A stretch of DNA of 58,553 bases, counting the filler, from Platydemus manokwari (Eukaryota): assembly GCA_037951405.1 (NCBI GenBank). It is 4 parts of 4 records of this genome, joined end to end, with 100 filler letters (N's around TTAATTAATTAA, not from the genome) between each part and the next. Parts side by side here need not be neighbours in the genome. Positions count along the whole stretch, not along the records: positions 44,287 to 58,553 come from JBBMOY011494750.1; 3 more parts are not named here. The stretch is one strand, 5' to 3'. Below, piece by piece: positions 44,411-57,995 of this stretch. The notes below the pieces were generated by a model, which had not been told where the DNA came from, ran no database searches, and worked only from the letters and a program-made list of their open reading frames with translations. Position 1 is the first letter of the stretch. Each line of letters starts with the position of its first letter. The position numbers and the translations under genes are program-made.

Positions 44411-47400
44411 TAAATACTATGTTTTATCATTATTATACATCTTAAAAATGAAATATTAACTGAATTATAAGAATAAATCAAACATAAAATTAAGTTATGA
44501 AATTATATCGTTCGCGAAAATTCATTATAACGAAAGTAGGTCAAAGGACCCTTTGTCTTCACTTAAGCCGATAATTTAAAAATTTCAAGATTTCAATCTT
44601 AAAATTATGTATTTTTACTAAGTTTATAAAGGTTAATTTTTTCTTCTTTTCTAGTGAATTAATGGAACTCCGTTGACTCTCAAACAGATTTCAGTTGTTT
44701 ATAATTTATATCTAGTGAATTAAGATATACTTTTGCAGTAAAAATTGTTTAAGTTAATCATTTTGTATACCATATTATACGATCATATTATACAGACTTA
44801 AGATCAGGCACCATAATAATTGAATCGATAATGAAATTGGACTTTAATGAAAAAAAAATAAAAGACTTTTGCCGATTATTAAAAAAAAGTGAATAATTTA
44901 CTGTTTCTTTAGAATCATTTCGGTTAAGTTTAAATTTTTTCTTGGTTTTTCTGCTTTATCCATAAGCCGGGAGTAGGGAATATTTTGTTGCTTTTGGTAT
45001 CAAATTATCAAGCAAGACCGAAACTTAAGGAATGATTCGATATATTTAGCACTGTCATACACGTCTCTAATAAAAATAAGAAAGTAACTTTGATGACAAA
45101 ATGCAGTGTATTTTGCTACCTTATTGATAACTTCCTTATACGAGTTCAGAATACATTTCAGACTACACTAACATAAAGGTCAAATAAAAAACGTAGATTC
45201 AGTGGTTGCCCACACATAATGTGAGTATAAATTAAAAAGGTATTTAGTAATAATAATGTTTATTTTATATGCCTTATTTCAATTTGTTCTTTATAAAAGA
45301 AATAAATTTTTCATTTATAATTGCAATATAAATGTATAATGGCGATGTGAAAAGAAATGGAATAAAATCGCATTATAATAATTTGGCAATGAATAACTTC
45401 ATATAACCTATAGTCAACACATTGAGAAATTATTTATTCGAGAGTTCACATCAATAATATGTCAAACAATATAGAATCTTATATTCTTGGTTAGTAGATT
45501 TTATGTTTACAGAAATCGCTGTAACTCAAAATGTGAAAATATGACATAAAAACGACATATCAAGCATATAACAAGTGATTGAAATGACTGAAAACGACTT
45601 CAGTCTTAATACCTCACAGATAAAATATTTTAAGAGAAGTGAAAATCAACTACGGACTGAATTTGACATAACAACATGTGAACTAAACTTCTGTAATTTG
45701 CAGACTAAATTATTCTTGACTGATAACGTTTTATTTTAAAAATTTATTTATCATAGCTTCAAGGATCCGAAATTCTTCTTACTCATTATTGTCAAATCAA
45801 ATAAATGAAGCAACTGTATAATAAATTAAATTTCGGTTATTTACAATCTAACTATCTTATCCAAGTACTTTATTCTTATTTAACTTATGTGTTTTGAAAT
45901 ACATAACAAAAAAATATTTATTTCATAAAAATATGATTTCAAATAACTTGGGTTGACCTATATTCCAAACATTGGCATCCCAGAATTATTGAACCAAGTT
46001 TGGGATTATTATATCAGATAAATTAATCCCATATCTGATGATTCTATGTTTGCAACTTGTGTTGGGGTCTTGAAAAATTGAGTACGTTATTTATTATTAT
46101 TGAGTACCCTAGAATTTTTCTCTGCCTTAAAAAATTCCAATGCATTAAACACATGCACGATAATAAATAAAAATTGGCAGAAAATATCCGCGAATGAGTC
46201 ATCGCTGCCCATATAAGGCTGTGACTGCAATTAGTAAGCTACACGATAGCACAATAACAACAGTAAGACAGCAACACATTGGCAGAATCGACGTATAGTT
46301 ATTTATTTAAAAGCGCGGTAATACACCCACTAGTGTTACGATCCGGGAAAGTAGATTCAATTGCGCACAGGAGATATGCCCAAATTCGTCTGGAAGATCA
46401 ATTTTGATAATTGATATTCAAATTGTTCGAGAAGAAGCCCAAAGAACGATAAGTAAGATAATTCCTATAAAATCATCAACAATTTATAACATCAACCGCA
46501 AATTCTTCCTATTTATAGGGTTAAACCCAAAGTCCTTGCATAGACGGTTCTACTCCTCTTGGGAGCATTGTTAACCGGAGCTTTTGCAAGAATTGTACAA
46601 ATCTGTCCGTTTATGTGTATAGAAGTATTTGTAAAATCCACTTTTAATTAATTGTATATAAGAAGTAATTTATAAGCTTATTGTTATCGTTGTATAATTG
46701 TAGTAATTTATATTAATAAACTTTTTATCAAGGAAATTTATTTTTGATATTAAATCGGCATGTGCCATTAGGTTCCACAAATCATTTTCTGTAAATATTA
46801 TCATTACCAAAAATCATCTCACCACCTTTTCGGCCAGATATAGTTGAAGTAGTTAAAAGTTTATAATAATATAAATCATTATAGCAATATCTAGAGCCAC
46901 CGTCCCCGTCTTCATACGTTGATTGGTGTGATCGAGGCGAAGGAATATCAAAAATATTAGGTTTAGTGATTACCTGTGGGTCAGAGGGACTCAGAGAGCT
47001 GATTAGGCTTAGATATTGCCAAAGCAAACAAAAATTCAAACTTTGAAATGCAAGTAAAATAAAACGATAGACCCCCAAAATCATCACTTGAACATCCACC
47101 AATTCTCCAGGATCTAAATCTGGTCAACAGTAATTATCATCTTCTTTAACAACTATTATTTTATTAATACACTTGTTAATGTAAAATCAATACTATAAAA
47201 TCAAACAATCCAGTTAACAATATTATTATTAAGGTTTATCTAATAAAAATAACAGCCGGAATTTCGACAAATTGCTTCTCAAAGCCATTGAATATATATT
47301 TAGCATAATTAAATAATTATTTATTTTTCATAATTTATTAGTGTGATTAAGAAAGATAAACGGGACATAAAATAAACAGATCAATCTTATTGAAAAATAA

Positions 47401-47962
47401 TAAGGATAAATGATAAGTAACGGAGAAAATTCAAAAATCTATTGAAAACCCAGTTATTTATTAGTACATAATTGATAATCAAAATTTTTGCATAAGCTTA
47501 AAGATTCAAATAAATTATTTTTATTTTTATAACTAATATATCATTTACGGGTCGAATACAAGGATAAATCACTTGAAATGCAACGATATTTTTATGTATT
47601 AAAACGTCGAATTCCAAATTTAAATATTAGAATAAACCATACCTATAGTTAAGCAGTAACTCAAAAATAAAGATAGATAAGTCCAAATACTTTACAATAC
47701 CGTGAAAAACAATATGTGCTTCGTTCAAAAGGTAGAATAAATTTCATAAAATTTTTGAGAATATATAAAAGATATTTCAAATCGCTAATCATAAAATCAA
47801 AATTAAAAAATCATGAATAGCATTTTTTTTATGTCAACGGACTTAAAATCCAATAAACTTAAAACTTAAAAATTAAAATAACTGGTTTGTATATAAATAT
47901 GATAATTAAAGTTTCTTGTTTATATATTCGCATGCTTTCCGAAAATTTAAAATCTATTAACT

Positions 47963-49835
47963 ATGGAAAAAGATTTGATAATGGATAAAATGTTAGTGAT
48001 GTTCTCTATTTATTTTATTATCGAAATTTATTATCAAGGAAACGGAAGCGGAAATCTGCTAATGAAGGTGGAAAGTAATGTATTTATTTTATTTGAGTAT
48101 AAATTCTAAGTTGTACCATTAGTACTGAAAATAAATACACTTCCAATATGATACTGAAAAGTCCATTTGTATCTAATTCTTTAAGGAATTTACAAAATAA
48201 TAAAGGTAATATTGTTTTTATAAATTAGTTTGTAGTTATTTAAATAGTACCAAATCTAATTGTTTAATTTCACATTGTCCTTGTCATTAATATTAATCAC
48301 AATTTTACTTTTAAAGAGTCTTAATAAAATAAAGAATAACATTTTTTAATAGTTATGTTTGGAAAATATTAGCCTGAGTATTATTTTCTTATATAGAAAT
48401 ATTTGATACTTTGAGTGATGTATCAACGGACGATTCGGACATTCAAATAACCCATGAATCGAGAAATAATTCTCCAAGTACGAGCAAAGTCTCCACAAAA
48501 ACCGAAAATATGAAAAATAAGACAGTTATAAATTTAGATAGCAATAGTGATACCGAAATTGTAAATTTTGCTCCCAATAAATGCATCGATTATTTAACTA
48601 TGCCACCAAATTGTGAAATTTTGCAAGAAATTGATTATTTAAAATTTGATAGTTACGTTTCACAAGCTGTTAATCAGTCTAGTTCTTCATTTTCTAGCAG
48701 CTCGTCCGATTCTGAACACGACATTATTGAATTAGATAACGATTTATCTTTTGTTATAGATGGTGAATCGTCTATTGATCTCACTGAAACCAGTATTTCC
48801 AAGTAAAATGAATAAGATAGAAATACCATTTAATTAACCTTTCCATTCCATAGGGACAATGATGTTTCGATAACAAAAAGTGAGTTTGGTTAATATTGAT
48901 TTGAATCCGTTGGATAAACAAATTATTTTTTCATAGGTGACAAACCAAAAAATAAAAGGAAAAGAAAATCACAAAAGTGGATTTTATTATAAAAAAATGA
49001 TTTGTATATATTTTCATTGATAAATCCATTATTAGGCGATTTCCAAACAATCCTGAATTGCAGGCCGATAATCGCATGTTTAAATATTGGTCACAGCGAT
49101 ATGATTTATTTGAGAGATTTGATATGGGCATCAAGCTTGACAAAGGTTTTCTTTGCTTGAAATTTGCTATCTAATATTGTGAGTCTATAGAATCATGGTA
49201 TAGCGTTACTGCTGAATATATAGCCAGAGAGCAGGCTAGCTTGTGCAATGAATCGGACACGGTTCTCGATGGATTCTGCGGAGCAGGAGGCAACACAATT
49301 CAATTTGCTTATAAATGTCAAAAAGGTTTGCTCAATGATGTTTGAAGGGTTATTGTTCATGATTTATATCATATATTCAGTATTGGCAATCGATATTGAC
49401 CCTGTTAAAATTGAATTAACAAAGCATAATTTAAACGTCTATGGTGTGGAAATGGCAAAAGTGTCCATTATGAAAGATGATTTTTATTCCTTTGCCAATC
49501 ATTATCGATTATCAAATAATCAATCAAGCGTGATATCGTTACCGAATATTGATGTCGTGTTTTTGTCGCCACCGTGGGGAGGTCAAAATTATTTGATGGA
49601 CAATGGTGATTGTGGTGTGACTGATACGATTAATATCGATAAATTGATGAGTACGGCTCGAATCTTTCAACCGAAAACCATTATGCTTTATTTGCCACGC
49701 AACAGTGATCATGATCAATTAAACCGTTATTTATTACCAAATGAAACCATTGAAATCATTCAACATGAATCTCGTTATAAAAAAGTCAATAATAAAAAAG
49801 TGAAAGCTATCACTGTTGTTTATAGATGTAAATAA
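47963..49835 (+). CDS. TGS1: Trimethylguanosine synthase (RNA cap guanine-N2 methyltransferase), 9 exons
   Basis: In-phase GT-AG model: 47963-47991, 48039-48074, 48111-48205, 48397-48802, 48854-48879, 48937-48976, 49036-49145, 49191-49325, 49381-49835. Motifs [52 protein letters not shown] and DVVFLSPPWGG. The 5' exons are inferred from splice phase only. Confidence 0.95.
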
Positions 49836-51631
49836 TAATGATAATATATTATCATTATTATTATTATGAAAATATATTTTGATTATTTAATTTGATATTC
49901 ATGATCTGTGACTGCTTGTATTTCACCATTTGTCGTGTAGTTTTGATAATATATTTGATAATATTCATTGAATATTTGTCCTTTGTAAATTTATATATCC
50001 ATGTATGTGTGTACGTGTTTGTGTGCGTGTATTTGTGTGTTTAGAATATTTTGTCACAAGTAATTTATGTTAAATAAATATTTTGTTTGGGTGCAAATAT
50101 ATATATTTAATGATTATATATAATGAAATAATAATTACTGTAGTTATAAAATTGTAATCAGATTTTTATATCTCAAATATTTGTTCTATCATAATGGGAA
50201 ATTTTTTGATAAAATTATGAAATTATTAGCTAATCGAATGAATGACAATGTTTACAAAAATCGATTATTTGTTACAGAATATTATTAACATTTCCCATTA
50301 AGAATCATTTGTGATAGACGAAATATTCGATTTCAAAATATGTAAGAATTAATAACAAATTTGCTTGCTTATGTAAATATTCATCACAAGCAGATTGAAA
50401 ATTGTTTAACAACCTAAATGTCATGAAAATATATACAAATGCATTCCTACCTCACAATGTATAAATATTAAGTAATGTTATATGGTTTGATTATTTTTTA
50501 CTGGCTTTAAAAGAGCTTCGATAGCAAGCATTGAAGATTGTACTACTGGAAAAGTTTATCTAAAGGATTTTTCTCAAATTTATATTTCACACTAAGTGAA
50601 ATCAAGACTGAGTATGACACTTTGATTTTCTATAAATAAAATTATATCAGTAAGGCCGTATATGGCATAACTTGTACGCTACTATGTTTAAATAAAGCCG
50701 ATAAAAGGCAATTATTGATTAAAAAATTTTATTTTGGAAATATGAAAAATAAATAAACAGCACAACTGAATAAAATAATTAATAGAATTCAATGCCAAAT
50801 GCGTCACGAAAGCGATGTGTTGACAGCCCCAACGGACGGAGAAGATAGAAACATTTATTAAATATGATGGCGAAAACTAATAATACAATTAAAGACTGGT
50901 TCTGAGTAAATGATACATGAAATAATTATTAAGTAGTATCTTATTGATTTTTCCAATTAAGTTGATGAAAAAACATCGACAAATCCTGAAAATCACGATT
51001 AAAAATCAAAAATATACTTCTTAGCTACAACTGTCTCTTGATCAATAGATAATTGAACGATGCTGATTCACAATAATATTACAACACTAGCACTTTCATA
51101 TTGTTAAATTAAATGTAGCTGATTATGCCGAATGTCGACTGTCTTCAACTATAGTGCAGTTAATGGCAACTGCCTTTTTGTGTTATTTTTAGAATTTTAG
51201 AAGGTTTTAGAAGATCTTTTTAAAAATAATTTTTTTTAATAATGACGCATATAAATGCTTAAAATAATGTAATAGTTTAAACAACCGTGAATTGTATAAA
51301 AGTAATAGATGATAAATATTCGTAAACGATTATCAAACTATTGAATTAGCATTGCTGAGAACGGATCCCAGTTTTGTAACCACAGTGACACATAAATTAT
51401 TAGACACTTGACACTAATATTAGAAATTGATTTGAAATTGAAGTTTTCTGATTTATCTATATTATTATCCGTATTCATGTTCAATATATATGGTTTTGAA
51501 TAAAAATTTTATCCAAACTTTTTTAGTTATCTGCTTATGTACAATTCTCCAACTTACTTTATATTTATTGTTAAGATTTTAATTTTTGTTTAATAAGCAT
51601 CATCCCGTTTGACTGAGCTTTCTTTCTTGCG

Positions 51632-51673
51632 ACAGATTTCTGGGACGTGTCCCTTCTTGCAGCAATTATCGCA
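51632..51673 (-). mobile_element. Isolated gag-type CCHC zinc knuckle (retroelement remnant)
   Basis: The reverse strand reads CDNCCKKGHVPEIC = C-x2-C-x4-H-x4-C, preceded by an N-rich stretch. Confidence 0.55.
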
Positions 51674-52338
51674 ATTGAGATTTGTTGCCTTGTTCAAATT
51701 TTAAATTATTATTGAAATTTGTATTCTATTATTTATTCTTATTTTTGTAAGTGACATAAATAATACCTCTACTACTTGTGCTGATTTCAACAAGTCGAGC
51801 TTTTCAAAATCAAAAAAATTATCCCCAATCTGGAGGCCGAGAGTGATATGAGGAAAAAATCCTTACTATAAATGGTCTTTAAAGTTATTTTTCGTGCCTC
51901 GTTGCCATTTGATGCGGTTACCATGGGATTGATATCCAAGTAGAGTGAACTGGTGCGCAAACTCACTAATATGTTCGTCTGTATTTTGTTTTTATTATAT
52001 CCGGTATCAGCGGGAAGCACTAGGTTGCCAAAAACTTGCCTGGAGTCACTCCATAATGGTTATTTTTTAATTTTGTCATGATGCAATTGTACTTTTCTCT
52101 AGCCATGCTCATAAGATAAAAAGGTAGTCGTTTTATCATGTTGCCTCATCTTATTTCATAAGCATCTGGCAGCTGAAAATAGTTTGCCAAAACTCATGAA
52201 ATAAACCTGGCTCTTCGTTATAAAAGCTTAACTGGTATTTGAACTATGATGTTATCACCAACTCGATTGTTCATATTATGCTCTATTCTTTTTGATGCAT
52301 TTTGTTCTTTAATATTTTTAAACATCTGTTGGGATAGA

Positions 52339-52654
52339 ATGGAACGTCTAGTGCTCTATTCAGATAGTGAAGAGGGCGAAGACGAAAAAATCCCATATAC
52401 CATTAAGTCCTACAATGAATGGAGACAGCAACAGCAGCTGTCCAACAAAACACAATTACCACCACAACTTCAACCACCGAAAAACCCACAACCATCAACG
52501 AGCAGTCATGTGTTCAAAAAAACCAAGAACACCCCAAAGACCCGGTACACCAATAGGTAAGAAACCTGAGACAATACTGATAAAACCCATAAAACCGAGC
52601 CCAAAATGGGAAACATGGGCTACCCAAAGCTGGAGAGTGGATTTAGACGCTTGA
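52339..52654 (+). pseudogene. Unknown small-ORF family, copy A (frameshifted)
   Basis: MERLVLYSDSEEGEDEK...PQPSTSSHVFKK, then (frameshift near an A-run) RPGTPIGKKPETILIKPIKPSPKWETWATQSWRVDLDA*. The C-terminus resembles 55684-56001. Confidence 0.45.
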
Positions 52655-55600
52655 TGTCAGGAGGGATTCGGTGGAACTGCAAAAATCAAACTATCCTGAA
52701 CCATCCAGTGATCAACTCAATAATGACTCATTCGTGACTTGATATTGAAATCCTAATTTTGACTTGATCCTAATCTATAACTGATATTCTATTGATATTT
52801 GATCGTGAATATTTTTGTAATTGATATTTGATATTGATATTTTAATCTTGGATATTTTTATAATTATCTTGATTTTGATATTTTGAGAATTTGTGTAACT
52901 ATTTTTATTATGAATTGCAAATTATTTATGAATTATTTTTGAGGAAAAAAATAATTTAATATATATTAATATTTATAAATCAAAAAGTGGAAAAAGAAAT
53001 AAGATATTTAATTTATAATGTCAGAAATTTAATAATAATTAATTTATAATGTCATTAATATAATAATAAAATTTATTAGGTTAGGTAAATTATCGAGAAT
53101 TTTTATGGTTTAGAACTTTTATAATGATAAACATTAAAGATCCAAAGTGAAAAAATTGTTTAAAATTTATAAGAGTGATAGAAATTCATAGGTACAAAGT
53201 ACCGAATTTCAGCATTTATATAAGCTTTGTGATTTCCATCACAATTCACTCTCAGTAAAATACAACACAATTGTAACTAAATTGAAACGAGATTTTATTT
53301 GATTTGACAAACCAGGGCAAAGCTTAGAAGGTAAAGGATCGAGAATAATATAATTTTTTGGTAAAAAAATTAAATAAAAAATAAATACCTCACTCTAAAT
53401 GATCTCGCTTTGGAGTCATACACATATTCTTAACTCTATAATAAACTATTAAGTTCTAAATTTTGGGTTCTCACGGTCTCTGTGAGATAACCTTACCCAT
53501 TTGTTTTATAATAAATTTCTTTTGTGTGAGCTAAACGATGTGAGCAAATTATTTTGTTCGTATATTATTTTTAATCTTAATAAAGTTTGTTATCAATTTT
53601 GAGTGTTTTGATATAATACAAACGTAAAGGAACTCACGCTGTTGAGTTGGTTTAAACAACAAATTAACATTCATCACAACCCAACATATCCATAATTGCT
53701 GAAGCAAGATCTGATCATGCCCTGTTAAGTCATAACTTTCCTGTTCTGGGAGCTAGATATTCATTTACTCTGAGCTAAATTGGGAAACATTATTGTTAAT
53801 AAAAACTTGATGTTTCTCAGAATTTCGATTTTCTTTAAAATCTCTAAATTCTCTCATTTTCTCTTTCCAAAACTTGTTTCTCTTTTGATTGTAATACTGC
53901 TGCTCTGCCGATCTCAGCCCTCAGACTTTTCCTTAAGCTCTGATTACTACCTGCTCTGTAGGTAATTGTCTTTCCGCCCAACCCAAACACACCTACAGCT
54001 TGACTTAGCATTTTGTTTTCTTCCTCTGTTATTTTTCTTTGATGTCTTATCTCCTCGTTATCATCCCCGCTATCTATCCACTTGGCAAAATAAATGTCCT
54101 AAAGATTTTCACTGGAATAGGCATTATTTTCTTTCATAATTTTATTAACTGTACGGGATCCTTTGGTTTCAATCTCTTTCAGTTCCTCAGTAAAGGCTTT
54201 CAATTTTTTAAAACTGAATCCATTAAGAATTTTTCGATGATCTTGCTTGATGACCTCTCGGATAATTTCTTCAGTCTATTGATCCTCTGATTGAATACTC
54301 ATATAGACTGGTCTTGTTGCAGAAATAGTGCTTAATTCCCCTTCTGGGACAGCAACTTTACTCCAATATTACTATCCTTTTATGGCTACACAAGCTTATC
54401 CGTGTGATAATCCATAGCATATATGAAATCAATAAATTAAATAAAAAATTGCTCCTCATAAAGCCTGATGTAGTTTGATTTTCGGATAAATGACGTCCGA
54501 TTTTTGGGTTCATCAAAAAAAATTTGCATGGACTATCTATAATATAAAGTTTAGGTTCGCGAAACACCACTGGATCCAGTTGATTTGGCACAATAAACTC
54601 CAGGATTGTTGTATAGGGAATATTTTTGTTATAGAAATCATTCTCTGGAAATCATTCTGTTCGGAAATTAGGCCGCTTTGGAGGCACGAGATTTATAGAT
54701 GCAGATGAAAAGGCTCCCAGCTTGATATTTTCAATATGGAATTTAAAACTATGTCAGATTTGACACAATTGACATTGATCATGGTTGGTTTGATAGATAA
54801 ATTAGGGGTCACATCTTTTAGTTCGAAACTTCCATGTTCTTGAAAGTAAAGGGCTATTAGAGAAGCTGTCTTTAATCAGCTCGGTAGATTCTCAATTTTG
54901 TCAAAACTATTACATCCTATTCCATAAAGGGCTTTTTCTTCTCGGAACTAGTAATTGTAGTCGAAGGTTGCACACTTCAGATTTATGGTCATATTTTAAA
55001 AAGAAAAAATTAATTACTTGCTTGCTCACTAATCGAAGTTTTCTTTTCAAATAAAAATAAATATCAAAGGGTTTGAAGCTGCTTTATAGGTTTTTACCGT
55101 CTATTCTCATTAGTTAATTTTCTATAGGGTGATATTTTGTGGTAATATTACTATTTGCTAGGTTCTTTTATTTATTTCTTCAATTATTGTATTTTATTGT
55201 TCGAATTTTATTTACACTTGGGTTTACATCCATAGTAATTATTTTAACAACTTATTAATATGTGATATTTCAATCCTAACTTATATTTACAAAATTAATC
55301 CAATATTGTACTCAATATACCTAAGATTTTTATTATTCATACCAAAATTATTAACTTTTAGCTGATATTTAAAAATATTGATTTGATTATCCACTATTAC
55401 AAAATTAAAATTTTCAACCATTAACTGCTGTTTACATTTATTGATTTCATTTTATTAAAACAAAATGTTAAAGTGGCGGTTGTTTTTAAATATTACTGGT
55501 TCCTAAGGCTTCAGTAACTGGTATGATGACTGAATTACTGGTACTTGTATAAATTTAAGTTAAATGTCTGAGCGCAGAGGAACTGAGGTTGCTCTGAGCC

Positions 55601-55683
55601 TGAAATGATTAACAGGTTATGAAACTCTATGAAAAAATAATATTTTATAAAAAAATTAAAAATATTTGATCGTAGGATGACTA

Positions 55684-56001
55684 GTTAACACCCGATCTAA
55701 CTGTTGTGAAAGCGCCTCTAAAGCCCCGAGCACATCTTATCATATGCCCACTAACGCCCCAAGCACATCTAATATAACAGCCACAAATGCCAATGAAAGG
55801 ATTGATCTCGATTAAGATGGCAACTGGGATGGAACGGTTTATCGTGGGGATAAGCCCGAGAAGGTTGGCTGGAGAAAACCCCAGGAAACAATCAAGACGG
55901 AGCCAATAATCCCAACAGATCCTAGAGAGGAGAATTCCCGATGGTGGGGAATGCACAAACGTATGGATCTTGACGAACAATATGATATTGGATTCTCATA
56001 A
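55684..56001 (+). pseudogene. Unknown small-ORF family, copy B (one in-frame stop)
   Basis: ..KAPSTSYHMPTNAPSTS..ERIDLD*DGNWDG..GWRKPQETIKTEPIIPTDPREENSRWWGMHKRMDLDEQYDIGFS*. This frame is not in the ORF track. Confidence 0.45.
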
Positions 56002-57339
56002 AAACTCACATTTGATCCTTACATTTGTTTTTTTTCATGATTTGTCTCTAATCTGTATATCTTATATTACGTAATTCTCCAATCCTTCCTTAAATGTAAA
56101 ATGTACTCAAATATTTGTATAATGTATTTGTCACAAAGTTATATTTTTAATGACAATTATTATAATGAAAACTTTAACGATAATAAACTTTAAAACAAAT
56201 TGGACAACAAAATAATAAATAGCGCGCCAAAATAACAGTAATAGAAAAATTAATTTAATTTATATAGAATTTTATAAATGCGTTTAAGTGAGCTAATAAT
56301 ATATAGAAATTCCAAAATTAATTCGTTGAAATTTCTAAAATTCTAAAATTATTAGAATTTACGTAATAAAATTAAAAAATTTTGGGGAAAAAAAATAATT
56401 TTTATTTCGAAGTTAGAAAATAAAAATATTTTAAATTTTTAAAGCGAATTTTCCACTTTCAAAATACTATAAATAGGCACCTAAAATCATTAATTCTCGC
56501 TCACACAAATTAAAAGACAAAATTTTCGAAAGTCTAAAAGTAGAAAGAGAACTTGTAGAAAAACCGAAAACGTTAAAGGAAGCAAACTGCCGTTTTCATC
56601 GCTAGAAGAAGATTTAACCGACAGAAGAAAATTCATAAACGTCTTTTGCGAGAGTGCTGGCAATATTGCATATTACGACAAGCAGGAGTAAATTCTAAGG
56701 TGCGGAAGCTGCCAAAACTGAAATAATATATTTTAAAATCTATTTTTTCTAAAATCTTAATATAGGTCATTTCGTTAAATTCGAATCGGCCACTCCCGAA
56801 CCTTAACTTTTAGGAGTTAAAATCTAGTTTGGTGTGAATTAAATAATTCTGTTTGTTGATCCGATCTATCAATTATTGTTAATTGTAAATTATTTTGAAA
56901 ATCTTGTAATATTGTTTTTTGATTTCAATAGTGGAATTTTCTTATTAAACTGTCTTCATTTTTATTTATTGGTTAATAGTCTAATTTATTATTTGTTAAA
57001 GGTATTATAGTTTATAGTATAATAGACCGATAATCGAGAGGTTTGATTTGAAATTAAATCAGATCAATTTTAAGAACTCATTTGTGTTGGGAGTAACAAC
57101 TTACAAGTACCGAAACCCAACAAATGTATTAACTCCGACCTTAAAAACTTGATATTTTTTCTACTTTTGGATTCTTTTGATTTTATTTTGGCTCTTTTTT
57201 CAAGATTAATCTTATGTTTCGAGGACTACAAGTTTATGTGCATTACTGAGTCTTAAATTGAATCAAATTGATTTTCGATCTCTCCCCGAATGCATAAAAT
57301 TCTACCTTCTACTCTGTGTCAGGTACCTCGTATCAAATA

Positions 57340-57438
57340 GCATGATCTGAAATAATGACCATCTTGCCCGCATATTAAACATTTGTGCATTAGGAGGCAC
57401 TGGGTTATATAGTGTCCGCTTTCTCCACAGCAGAAGCA
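57340..57438 (-). mobile_element. Tandem CCHC zinc knuckles (gag/ORF1-like remnant)
   Basis: The reverse strand reads CFCCGESGHYITQC-LLMHK-CLICGQDGHYFRSC, two exact C-x2-C-x4-H-x4-C motifs, in a frame missing from the ORF track. Confidence 0.72.
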
Positions 57439-57677
57439 ATTGTATCCGCAAAAGCGTTCTTCTTTTGCGTATAGAGTGCCTCAACACTCATTGTAAAGTT
57501 TCTTGGTCATGTATTTCATCGAATGCAGTAGTTTCTCTCTACCTGAAGCGAATTTCTGTTCTGAAGACATTGGCTCCGGAGTTCCTGTTATGATAGTATG
57601 AAGTAGTGAGTATAATCCAGCACCCCCCCAACCCAAGAAATCATTTACAATAAAACTCTTATTTCTTAGATCAGGGA

Positions 57678-57902
57678 ATGGTTTTAACAAAAATTCATAA
57701 AAAACTAAAATTAAAAAAATCAAGATGGTTGGAGTGTTGTATCAAACATAATATTGAGCAAAGAACCATCGCAAAGAAGAGAGGGGATAAGTTTGGGGAG
57801 GAATTCTTTAAACTTTTAAACAATTCCTTTTATGGAAAAACGTTAGAAGACTTTAATAAGAGATTGAATATCTCTATCATTTCAGCTGATAGAGATAGTT
57901 AG
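57678..57902 (+). mobile_element. Polinton/Maverick pPolB fragment, copy 3 (motif B)
   Basis: SRWLECCIKHNIEQR..AK...FGEEFFKLLNNSFYGKTLED: the K-x3-NS-x-YGK motif B in a Polinton-type context. Confidence 0.8.
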
Positions 57903-57995
57903 ATAAAAAAAATAAGATTCGTTTTAATATTATAAAACAAACGGTATAATTTTGAATTAGAATAAAATATTGATGCAAACAAGTTATGTTTTTAC

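Noticed and set aside
46334-46779. Possible solo LTR (TGTTACGA ... AATAAA ... CA)
   Set aside because: No matching inverted terminus, TSD or second copy could be established.
55681-55980. 99-aa minus-strand ORF from the track
   Set aside because: More plausibly the antisense shadow of the plus-strand RxDLD-family frame.
57075-57126. Hairpin (TTTGTGTTGGG ... CCCAACAAAT) with GAAAC as a ribozyme
   Set aside because: Lacks the CUGANGA core; a single short stem is expected by chance in repeat DNA.
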